This document shows positions 1 to 21,076 of a DNA stretch of 24,000 nucleotides, in pieces (position 1 is the stretch's first letter; every line of letters starts with the position of its first letter). This DNA comes from Psychromonas ossibalaenae ATCC BAA-1528. Its GTDB lineage: Bacteria; Pseudomonadota; Gammaproteobacteria; Enterobacterales; Psychromonadaceae. A model generated the notes under the pieces. The model saw only the letters and a list, made by a program, of their open reading frames with translations. It made no database searches and was not told the DNA's origin. The stretch covers positions 23,441 to 47,440 of the forward strand of contig NZ_KB906975.1 of the NCBI RefSeq assembly GCF_000381745.1, given 5' to 3'. A program made the position numbers and the translations under genes.

Positions 1-1533
1 GAGGGGGAAAGAGCCTCACAAGACTGGATATGGCTGGATAAGTGGCAGCGCTGGCAGGATGCCGCTGCAGGTTATCAGCTTGCTGAGCAGACGGTCAGCA
101 TGATTAAAACAAGCGCGGATCCGGCTCTGCTGGTGGATATTAAAATCAATCTGCATACACCGCTGCCGACAACTGATATTCAAAGCCCCTATCATGGTTT
201 GAAAATTGAAAACAGAGAAGCTGATTTTAAGGTTATTTCCCTGTTCGATTCAACGGTACTGGCGGATCGCGATTTTGTTTTAAACTGGTCTTTGCAGCAG
301 ACGGAGCAGGCTGAAAGCAGCGTTTTTGTACAGGAAAAGGCTGTCGGCAGTACGCTAGAGAAATACGGTTTAGTAATGATGGTGCCGCCGGCGATGCAGT
401 TCACTGAGAATGCACGTATTGCTAAAGAGGTTATCCTGGTGATTGATGTATCCGGTTCAATGTCCGGCACATCAATCGCACAGGCAAAATCAGCATTAAG
501 CTTCGCCGTTGATCAGCTTGCTGAGAATGATACTTTTAATATTATTGCCTTTAGTAATAATACAGAATTTTTTGCCGGCAATTCTCTGCCCGTTGACAAC
601 CGCAGCAGAATAATGGCTAAGAGCTTTATTAATCAGCTCCAGGCCGGCGGCGGCACCAATATGCAGGCGGCCTTAAACGATGCCCTGTCCGAACAGCGTA
701 CCGTTTATCCTAATGAGCACAAAGATCTGCGTCAGGTACTATTTATTACCGATGCCAGTATCAGTAACGAAGAGCAGTTATTAACTCAGATTAAGCAGCA
801 GCTGGGGGCAAGCCGTTTATTTATGGTAGGTATCGGATCGGCGCCTAACCATTATTTTATGAAAAGCAGTGCGCAATTGGGGCGCGGTACCTATACCAGT
901 ATTGGTGATGTTAATGAGGTACGCTCGAAAATGTCGGCATTGTTTACGCAGCTTTCAGCACCGGTATTGCGTGATATTAAACTGACCTGGGAAAACGGCA
1001 GCGAGGTGGATTACTGGCCGAAGCCGCTAACGGATCTCTATCAGGGTGAGCCGCTTCAGGTGGTGATGAAAATACCGTCGGGTGAAAATAAACTGCAGGT
1101 TTCCGGATTGAAAGTTGAAAACGGCGCAGCTCAAAAATGGACACAGGTATTGAGTCTAGATCAGGAGCAAAATGGCGCCGGCATTGATATTTTATGGGCA
1201 AAAGAGCAGATAGACAGTATTGAACTTAACCGTGAGCTGCCCGTTAGTGAGAAAAAACAGCTGATCACAGCGTTAGGGCTTAACTACCATATTGTCACTA
1301 AACACACCAGTCTGGTGGCTGTTGAACAGCAGGTAACTCGTCCGCTTATGTTAAGTAGTGTTGATAAACAGGTTAAAACGCATCTTCCTAAAGGTAATAC
1401 CATGAGCCTGCCGCAAACCGGATTAGGCAGCGGACTTTATCTGCGTATCGCTCTAATGCTGCTGTTATCTGCTGCTGTATTGTGGGCTGCTGAACGTCTG
1501 CTGAGACCTGGTATCTCAGAGCCGCGGGCTTAG
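1..1533 (+). CDS. VIT/vWA-domain sortase-target protein, C-terminal part (5' end lies left of the window)
   Basis: Frame 1 is open from base 1, with no stop before the ATG at 100 used by the ORF track, so the CDS is cut by the window edge. vWA MIDAS-type D-x-S-x-S motif DVSGS at nt 445-459. C-terminal sorting signal LPQTG at nt 1408-1422, followed by a hydrophobic helix and a charged tail (ERLLRPG...). The architecture matches the marine proteobacterial sortase target family. Confidence 0.85.
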   Translation, partial: EGERASQDWIWLDKWQRWQDAAAGYQLAEQTVSMIKTSADPALLVDIKINLHTPLPTTDIQSPYHGLKIENREADFKVISLFDSTVLADRDFVLNWSLQQTEQAESSVFVQEKAVGSTLEKYGLVMMVPPAMQFTENARIAKEVILVIDVSGSMSGTSIAQAKSALSFAVDQLAENDTFNIIAFSNNTEFFAGNSLPVDNRSRIMAKSFINQLQAGGGTNMQAALNDALSEQRTVYPNEHKDLRQVLFITDASISNEEQLLTQIKQQLGASRLFMVGIGSAPNHYFMKSSAQLGRGTYTSIGDVNEVRSKMSALFTQLSAPVLRDIKLTWENGSEVDYWPKPLTDLYQGEPLQVVMKIPSGENKLQVSGLKVENGAAQKWTQVLSLDQEQNGAGIDILWAKEQIDSIELNRELPVSEKKQLITALGLNYHIVTKHTSLVAVEQQVTRPLMLSSVDKQVKTHLPKGNTMSLPQTGLGSGLYLRIALMLLLSAAVLWAAERLLRPGISEPRA

Positions 1534-1542
1534 GAGGTTTCT

Positions 1543-2172
1543 ATGAAAGGGTTATTAAAGCGCTTTTCCAGCAAAAATAGAAAGCAGCGCTTAACTGTAT
1601 TTCATAAACTGCTGCTGGTGATGGTGCTGGCTGCGCTGCTGCTGTTTAGTAAAGGCGCTTATATGCAGGGCAAAGCTTACCTTGCTCAGCAGCTTCTGAC
1701 CTTTGCCTGGGCTCGTCATCAACAGGATGGTGAGCTCTATAAGGCCTGGCCCTGGGCAGATAGTGCACCATTTGCGCAGTTAACAATTAATGAACAGGAG
1801 CCTTTGATTATTCTTTCCGGGGCAACCGGCAGTAATCTGGCTTTTGCGCCTGCCTGGATGGTTTCAAGTGCTGCTTTTAATCAAGGTGCCAACAGCGTAT
1901 TGGTCGGACACAATGATACGCATTTTAAACAGCTTGAGGATCTGCCGCCGGCAAGTTATATAACAATTAAGACTTATCCGCAGCTGCAGATGAGTTATCA
2001 GGTAGTCGCGACAAAAATCGTTAATGAAAAGGATCTGTCTGTGCTGGAAAACAGCGGCTTTGAAACGATAACCCTGATCACCTGTTATCCCTTTGATGCA
2101 GATATTATTAACAGTGATTTGCGGTTTGTGGTGATCGCTAAAAGGGTCCAGCAAAAGGAAACGGGAGTTTGA
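1543..2172 (+). CDS. Sortase, proteobacterial dedicated type (class GN sortase)
   Basis: 209 aa with an N-terminal membrane anchor (LLLVMVLAALLLF). Conserved His (LVGHNDTHF) and catalytic TLxTC motif (TLITC, nt 2071-2085). AGGAGG RBS overlaps the stop codon of the upstream LPQTG protein (9-nt gap), suggesting coupling. Confidence 0.85.
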   Translation: MKGLLKRFSSKNRKQRLTVFHKLLLVMVLAALLLFSKGAYMQGKAYLAQQLLTFAWARHQQDGELYKAWPWADSAPFAQLTINEQEPLIILSGATGSNLAFAPAWMVSSAAFNQGANSVLVGHNDTHFKQLEDLPPASYITIKTYPQLQMSYQVVATKIVNEKDLSVLENSGFETITLITCYPFDADIINSDLRFVVIAKRVQQKETGV

Positions 2173-2262
2173 CTTGAAGCCGGTTTTGTAGTTTTTTACT
2201 TCCACATTACAACTTATTAAGGTGATAATGCTCCCTAATGGCAGTGAACAGGGAGTTGTATT

Positions 2263-2757
2263 TTGTCGTCTAAGTCTTTAAATCAGGGTTTTACACTTAT
2301 AGAATTAGTGGTTGTTATTATTATTCTCGGGGTGTTGTCTGCCGCCGCAGTACCAAAGTTCGTCTCCTTGTCTAAGGAGGCGAAAGTCAATGTGATCACC
2401 CAGATTAAAGTCAGTGTCAAAACGGCCAACGACTTTATGTTTCTTAAATCCCATATGCCAAGTTATGCCGCCCAGCCTGTGCCTAATCGTGATGATCTGA
2501 TTGATGTTGATACCAATGGTGACGGTAGTTATGATACCCGTTTAAAATGGAATTATTTAGATAATACTGATATCGAAAAGCGTATCGATATTTCCGATGA
2601 TTTTGCGATTGAATATCAAGGTATTGAATATACCTATCTTGGTTATGATACGGATAATGATAATCAGGTGCAGGATAATAACTGTTATTTTAAATATACC
2701 CAGGCATCAGCTCTAGGTGTGCCGCCAGGTTACAGCATTGAAGACAGCGGCTGTTAG
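2263..2757 (+). CDS. Type IV pilin-like protein (prepilin N-terminal cleavage/methylation domain)
   Basis: TTG start preceded by GGGAG (2251-2255). Leader MSSKSLNQG followed by FTLIELVVVIIILGVL (G/F cleavage site, Glu5). Two Cys near the C-terminus (NNCYF...DSGC) could form the usual pilin disulfide loop. Confidence 0.8.
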   Translation: MSSKSLNQGFTLIELVVVIIILGVLSAAAVPKFVSLSKEAKVNVITQIKVSVKTANDFMFLKSHMPSYAAQPVPNRDDLIDVDTNGDGSYDTRLKWNYLDNTDIEKRIDISDDFAIEYQGIEYTYLGYDTDNDNQVQDNNCYFKYTQASALGVPPGYSIEDSGC

Positions 2758-2766
2758 CTGCTTAAT

Positions 2767-2803
2767 AAAAAACCCGAAAAGATAAATCTCAGCGGGCTTT
2801 TTC
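2767..2803. terminator. Weak AU-rich hairpin flanked by A- and T-runs between convergent genes (possible bidirectional terminator)
   Basis: AAAAAACCCGAAAAG...CAGCGGGCTTTTTCG lies between the pilin stop (2757) and the GH63 stop (2824). The stems are short (CGAAAA/TTTTCG or CCCG/CGGG). Confidence 0.35.
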
Positions 2804-2823
2804 GTTAAATATTCGAATATTTA

Positions 2824-5217
<2,394 letters not shown>

Positions 5218-6905
5218 TTAGTGGCAGATTGTTATCTGTTTTTATTTTTCTCCGTCACCTTTTATTGATGAGTGGAGGTGGTTTTTTTTGTCATAATAAA
5301 TCTCCATTTTTACCCATGTTCATGCTCTAAGACCGGCATCAATTTACTTTCAAATTAGATTGTTGTTAACCTGAAAATTTCCATATCGACGAATTATCAA
5401 TCAGATAATTAAACCGGACCAGCAGTGTGGTTTTGACCCACTGACTATGAACACTGGAGCAGAAAAGGCCAAGTAGATTAATGTAACGGAATGTAACATC
5501 ATGCGTGATGTAACCTTTTGGTTTTAAATGACTTTTGCTGTCTCTCGTTGATTATTAGATTACCTTTTTACGGCCGATCAAAAAGTTGCCAATGTATTTC
5601 AAATGACCTCTGTTGTTGATATGTTATGGTTAGTAAATAGTCAACTCGTAATTCCCTTTATTCTTACGGGGGGCGTATTTAATAGTGATAAGCAGATCAA
5701 AAAAAAGAGTTTTATTTGCTTGTTTTTTCAGCGATGTTAAGGGGGTGTTACAGGGATGTAGGGCTTAGTTAGAATCTCTTTGGTATCACTAAAATGGCAA
5801 CTACATACAGGGGGGGGATCGCTATTGATTTGCTAGAACTTGAATAGTGAAAATCGTCTATTTATCTGTTTTTAACAATTTAAACTCAAAGTAAAAAAAT
5901 GAACAAAATAAAAAATATATTGAGATAAAACTGTGGAAGAAAAAGCTTAATTATAAGGGAATTACGTTATGTCATATCACATAACTCGTTTTACAACATT
6001 ATATATAGGAGGCTTATACGTTTCATTTATTATTCCAATCTGTGTCATCATGGTGCTGCTAAAGAACAATTAATGAAGGTAAATCTAGGGGGTAATTAGC
6101 AAAATAAACTATCCGAACGCAGGTTAAATAAAGTCAGAAATTGTGTTTGCCAGGGGATGTCTACCTTAATAATCTGTCATTCCTGTTTAGTGCCATTTCT
6201 ACTGAAATGACACTGGTTTTTGAACACTATCAATTAATGCAATGCGCTTTTAGGTATAGGAATTCAACACCTTATTGGGTATTTCTGTCGGCTGCCATGT
6301 ATCCCCGGTCCTATCTAACCTCATCACCCGTTCCTGCTTGTCATAGGTATTTAATATATGAAGCCTTTGAAAGCAGTGCCTCTCGCATACCTTTGCTGAT
6401 TGAACTATAGGCATGCCTGAACTTAGCTGTAAGTCACCTGAGAGGTGTGAAAAAGAGAAGTGATAATTTTTTAGCCAATAACATAATACCTATATTGACG
6501 GCTCAAACTGCCGATAAATTTAAACTGAAAATCAGAAATCTCCGTTTTAAAAACACCCTGCAAATTTGGAATTGTACCTCTTCAAAATTTAAAGATGCGA
6601 TTGAGGTTATTTAATATTTTTCTTTTTAACTGCTGGTAATCAAGTTGAAAACAGAGCCGGGCGTGTTGACCCTGGGGGGGAAGAGAGGCATTGAAAGCAT
6701 TGGCGCAAAGCCACTTTGACTGCAAACACCTTCTCTGTAGAGGTTTCTAGTGCTTCAAGGTTATGGTGTAAGCGCTGCTCTGACTGGGAGTTAACAACTT
6801 TAGATCGTGTACGGTTTCTTGGGGCTGTTTCTAGTTATTCTGTGGCTGCTGGTTTTGCAGTAGTGGAAACTACTTTTCAAAGAGTCTCCACTACTGCGTT
6901 AAGCA

Positions 6906-8383
<1,478 letters not shown>

Positions 8384-8452
8384 TTATAAAAAATTTAGTT
8401 AGATTTAGCGGCTCGATCACTGCTGATAAAAGCCGCCGTGTTATGCAAAAAA

Positions 8453-8904
8453 TTATTTGTTTAAAAAGTAACCATCTTCAACGGTCACTTTAAGCACGAC
8501 TTTACGTACCCGGCTGTCACCGTGAAAACGATAGGCTTTGTTATTGTCAAAAACGGCAACTTGTCCTTGAGACAGTTTTTGTGATTGTCCCTGTCCACGT
8601 AGAAACTCCCGGTCAGTTTCATCTTGATAAGCATGCTTTATATCTAGCGCATCTTTATCCGCAGTCTCGACTGACTCGCCACCTTCAAGGTAATAATGGA
8701 CATCAAAGTAACGTCGGTTAGCAATGAAATCTGAAGTGTTTTCGGCAACACCATCCTGGATCATGTATACCAGAGAATCACCAATCGAATACATAACGCC
8801 GTCTTTTAGTTTTTCTAAATTTTCAATTGCTTCAATACAACGATTCCATTTACGACCGTCGCGGTAAACTTCTTTAAACTGTGTTAAATCATCTAAAATA
8901 ATCA

Positions 8905-8905
<1 letters not shown>
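8453..8905 (-). CDS. ebgC: EbgC-like protein (YhcH/YjgK/YiaL family), beta-galactosidase accessory subunit
   Basis: 150 aa. Motifs recalled from E. coli EbgC are present (CIEAIEN, SIGDSL, RRYFDVHYYL, DETDREFL, KVVLKVTVEDGYF.NK). The start overlaps the upstream stop as TAATG. Confidence 0.85.
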
Positions 8906-12045
<3,140 letters not shown>

Positions 12046-12067
12046 TTAACTAAAACTTTAACTAAAT
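12046..12067 (-). promoter_or_regulatory. Candidate LacI/EbgR-type operator upstream of ebgA
   Basis: The - strand reads ATTTAGTTAAAGTTTTAGTTAA, 55-76 nt upstream of the ebgA ATG. It is near-identical to TTAGTTAAAGTTTTACTAAAA at 18009-18029 and belongs to the recurrent GTTTTA(C/G)TAAA motif set. Confidence 0.4.
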
Positions 12068-12088
12068 ATAATGGGTGTGTTTAATAGA

Positions 12089-12110
12089 TTTTAACTAGAT
12101 CACATTTTTA
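12089..12110 (-). promoter_or_regulatory. Candidate CRP-like half-site upstream of ebgA
   Basis: The - strand reads TAAAAATGTGATCTAGTTAAAA. The left half plus spacer (AAATGTGATCTAG) matches the CRP consensus; the right half is poor. The same 10-mer AAAAATGTGA recurs at 13505-13514 and 17997-18006. Confidence 0.3.
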
Positions 12111-12455
12111 ATGGTAACGCGCGCTTAAAGCATCGTTATTTGTCGCTTTAATGCTTATGACAATAAAAGATAAACAGGATCTAGAAAGGTTGTGCTGACA
12201 GTGAGAGGGGTAATAGAGCAGGCTAGATAAATATCCTTTCTGCTCTAGGTTATTAAGTGAGCGGGAGATCATAATTATCCCAATCCCACTAATTAAATGA
12301 TCTGCTTAGGTGTAGGAAAAAGGAGTGAACGCAAGGCGTTTATTGCAGTAACTGGTTGGTCTAATTGAAATTGACAACCAGCATAAATGAATAGAAATTA
12401 ATGGATTGGGTATTGTACCCAGCCGCCTGCAGATACACCTGCAAGTGGTTTGGGT

Positions 12456-13448
<993 letters not shown>

Positions 13449-13524
13449 TTATTCTCCAACAGGTAAGTTTCTCATTTATTTGCAGTTATTCTACTCAGAA
13501 AATGAAAAATGTGATACTCAAACC

Positions 13525-13563
13525 TTGTTTTAGTAAAGTTATTTGCTTTTGTTTTTAGTAAAT
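13525..13563. promoter_or_regulatory. Pair of GTTTT(T)AGTAAA motifs in the ebgR-like (paralog 1) upstream region
   Basis: GTTTTAGTAAAG (13525-13536) and GTTTTTAGTAAAT (13551-13563) lie 77-115 nt upstream of the repressor ATG (13448, - strand), next to AAAAATGTGA at 13505-13514. Confidence 0.35.
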
Positions 13564-13833
13564 GACTTATGTCTGACCGCTATATAGCCCAACCATTTGA
13601 GTATGATGATGATGCTTTACAGGGCAGGGGGTCAATGTGAAAAACGTTGTGAAGTGCACTGTATTCAGATCATCTGAGACTGTCTAAGGTGATCCTGCTG
13701 TTGTACGGGTTAACTCAACCCCTGATATATTGAAAGCTACTCCACTGATGAAACCTGTTTTTCTATTCAAATATTTTATGATGACGCTTATCTTATCCAT
13801 GTGCAGATTGTCTGTCACTGTTAAATAACGGAT

Positions 13834-13866
13834 AAAAAAAAGCCCGCTTGATTTATTAGCGGGCTT
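13834..13866 (-). terminator. Rho-independent terminator after GH63 paralog 1
   Basis: The - strand reads AAGCCCGC-(11 nt loop)-GCGGGCTT followed by TTTTTTTT, starting 22 nt after the stop codon at 13889-13891. Confidence 0.8.
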
Positions 13867-13888
13867 GAACAGCTTTTAGGAGGCTTAT

Positions 13889-16309
<2,421 letters not shown>

Positions 16310-16322
16310 TTATTCCTCGTTA

Positions 16323-17405
<1,083 letters not shown>

Positions 17406-17466
17406 TTACTGCACCGAAAGTTTGTTAATTGTTTGTTAATGTTTGCGAAATTAATGCCGTGTTTTA

Positions 17467-17799
<333 letters not shown>

Positions 17800-17929
17800 C
17801 TAATGCCTCTGTATTAAAAAGCGTTTATAGCTATTTTATGTTTAAATTCAGATAGTAATGGAGTTGTAGTAGATGCATAATGTATGGCTTTATATTTAAG
17901 CTATGTCTCTATTACCATCTAGGTACAAT

Positions 17930-18030
17930 GTTTTACTAAAACGTAATGTAAACTTTTACTAATCTCTTGTAAAGGTGGCTGGGGTATATCTGGTTAAAAA
18001 ATGTGAAGTTAGTTAAAGTTTTACTAAAAT
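17930..18030. promoter_or_regulatory. Divergent control region with three GTTTTACTAA-type motifs and a CRP-like half-site
   Basis: GTTTTACTAAAA (17930-17941), CTTTTACTAAT (17953-17963) and GTTTTACTAAAA (18018-18029). The first two form imperfect inverted repeats (GTTTTAC-N11-GTAAAC and CTTTTAC-N9-GTAAAG). AAAAATGTGAAGTTAGTTAAA is at 17997-18017. The region lies between the ygjH-like start (17799, -) and the EbgR-like paralog 2 start (18094, +). Confidence 0.45.
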
Positions 18031-18081
18031 CTTGTTTTTGGTGAGCCGGGTGTTTATCATTGACTTAATATTTAATACTGA

Positions 18082-19080
<999 letters not shown>

Positions 19081-19109
19081 TGATAGCGGTGCTGATGCGC
19101 TCGGTTGAA

Positions 19110-19137
19110 GGGATAAGTGCATACTTATCCCTTTTTT
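19110..19137 (+). terminator. Rho-independent terminator after EbgR-like paralog 2
   Basis: GGGATAAGT-GCAT-ACTTATCCC (9-bp stem) is followed by TTTTTT. Confidence 0.8.
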
Positions 19138-19295
19138 GTGTCCGTGATAACGCCTGCTGTCTTTTATATATACCCGTTAGATCTTTAATTTCATGCTTAG
19201 AACCTGCTCACTTATCTACTTACTGATTTTGATATTTCAATATACACTGTCTAATCATTACTATTCAGATTAGAGTCAATTGCTGCTTGTCGTCA

Positions 19296-19333
19296 TTTTT
19301 CATAACCATTTGATTTCAAATGGTTATGAAAAA
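19296..19333. repeat. Perfect 38-bp palindrome (18-bp arms, 2-nt spacer)
   Basis: TTTTTCATAACCATTTGA-TT-TCAAATGGTTATGAAAAA. It lies between the repressor terminator and the transporter promoter region. Confidence 0.9.
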
Positions 19334-19376
19334 TAGTTTGTGACTATCTTCACGGAAAGCGTTTGTTTATATATTA

Positions 19377-19397
19377 TTTAGTAAAAACATTACTAAA
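19377..19397. promoter_or_regulatory. Palindromic candidate operator upstream of YgjI-like paralog 2
   Basis: TTTAGTAA-AAACA-TTACTAAA has perfect 8-bp inverted arms. The - strand reads GTTTTTACTAAA, the same motif family as the other ebg/ygj promoter regions. It is ~180 nt upstream of the ATG at 19576. Confidence 0.45.
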
Positions 19398-19482
19398 CTG
19401 CGTGCCGTTGGTTAACAATTCTGGATCATAATGTTGAACCCTTATCTTCAGCTGCTGTTTTTAATCTTAAATGATGAAACGG

Positions 19483-19499
19483 TAATCTTGTCAAGATTA
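19483..19499. promoter_or_regulatory. 17-bp perfect palindrome upstream of YgjI-like paralog 2
   Basis: TAATCTTG-T-CAAGATTA, 77 nt upstream of the ATG. AATCTTGT also follows the GTTTTACTAAA motif at 18028-18035, and a variant (AATCTCTTGT) is at 17961-17970. Confidence 0.3.
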
Positions 19500-19548
19500 T
19501 CCCGCACTGTGTTGGGTACCGCGATAGTATTCTTAGCCTGCCATCTAA

Positions 19549-21000
<1,452 letters not shown>

Positions 21001-21020
21001 TTCGACTTAGGCTGCATAAC

Positions 21021-21048
21021 AAAAAACCGCATATTAATACGGTTTTTT
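21021..21048. terminator. Bidirectional terminator between convergent genes
   Basis: AAAAAACCG-(loop)-CGGTTTTTT lies between the transporter stop (21000) and the nspC-like stop (21077). Confidence 0.5.
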
Positions 21049-21076
21049 GTATCTGCTTTATCTGTTAATAAGATAG

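Noticed and set aside
192-470. Short ORFs from the track lying inside and antisense to, or out of frame with, long well-supported genes. Examples: 192-470, 977-1201, 1864-2205, 3101-3304, 3168-3386, 3489-3680, 4125-4432, 4736-4975, 8202-8402, 13966-14211, 16310-16552, 17063-17251, 18518-18889, 18934-19122, 20748-21032, 22380-22586, 23273-23455.
   Set aside because: All are embedded in longer ORFs with clear family signatures, have low-complexity or Arg/Ser/Cys-rich compositions typical of wrong-frame translation, and lack RBS support.
100-1533. ORF-track start codons for three genes: ATG at 100 (vWA protein), GTG at 19564 (transporter 2) and ATG at 17402 (YgjJ-like).
   Set aside because: The frame at 100 is open to the window edge, so the protein is truncated. 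The ATG at 19576 has the RBS and aligns with the paralog. The ATG at 17369 yields a proper signal peptide with an RBS. Coordinates were adjusted accordingly.
5603-5740. 45-aa ATG ORF containing the G6 tract (MTSVVDMLWLVNSQLVIPFILTGGVF...), considered as a possible phase-variable small protein.
   Set aside because: No Shine-Dalgarno sequence upstream, and the C-terminal half is low complexity (KKKSFICLFFQRC). The evidence is weaker than for the 34-aa ORF at 5969-6073.
5734-5817. Possible G-quadruplex from clustered G-runs.
   Set aside because: Only three closely spaced G-runs (5741-5745, 5753-5755, 5761-5763) are present. The next run (G8 at 5810) is ~45 nt away, so a canonical four-run quadruplex is not supported.
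6141-6410. 89-aa ORF (TTG start) in the ORF-poor island.
   Set aside because: It has a non-ATG start without a Shine-Dalgarno sequence, an atypical composition (Cys/Tyr/Pro/Ser-rich), and no recognisable domain. The opposite strand here also gives a 54-aa ATG ORF (about 6414 down to 6250), so neither reading is compelling. Kept only as part of the island finding.
6343-6494. 9-bp inverted repeat ATAGGTATT / AATACCTAT and other TAGGTAT occurrences in the island.
   Set aside because: Many 9-bp inverted matches are expected by chance within 1.7 kb of AT-rich DNA, and there is no extension of pairing.
12111-12455. Several hairpins in the 465-bp ebgR1-ebgA spacer, considered as a possible riboswitch or leader. 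Examples: TAGAGCAG...CTGCTCTA at about 12214-12247, CTGGTTG...CAACCAG at about 12352-12381, and AACGC-CTT-GCGTT followed by a T-run on the - strand.
   Set aside because: The stems are short (5-8 bp) with large loops and match no riboswitch consensus I recognise. Most likely this is an ordinary repressor terminator plus ebgA promoter spacer. Not reported as features.
13592-13601. 10-nt match (AACCATTTGA) between the repressor 1 upstream region and one arm of the 38-bp palindrome at 19296-19333.
   Set aside because: A single 10-mer match in a 24 kb two-strand comparison is within chance expectation, and the flanks do not extend the similarity.
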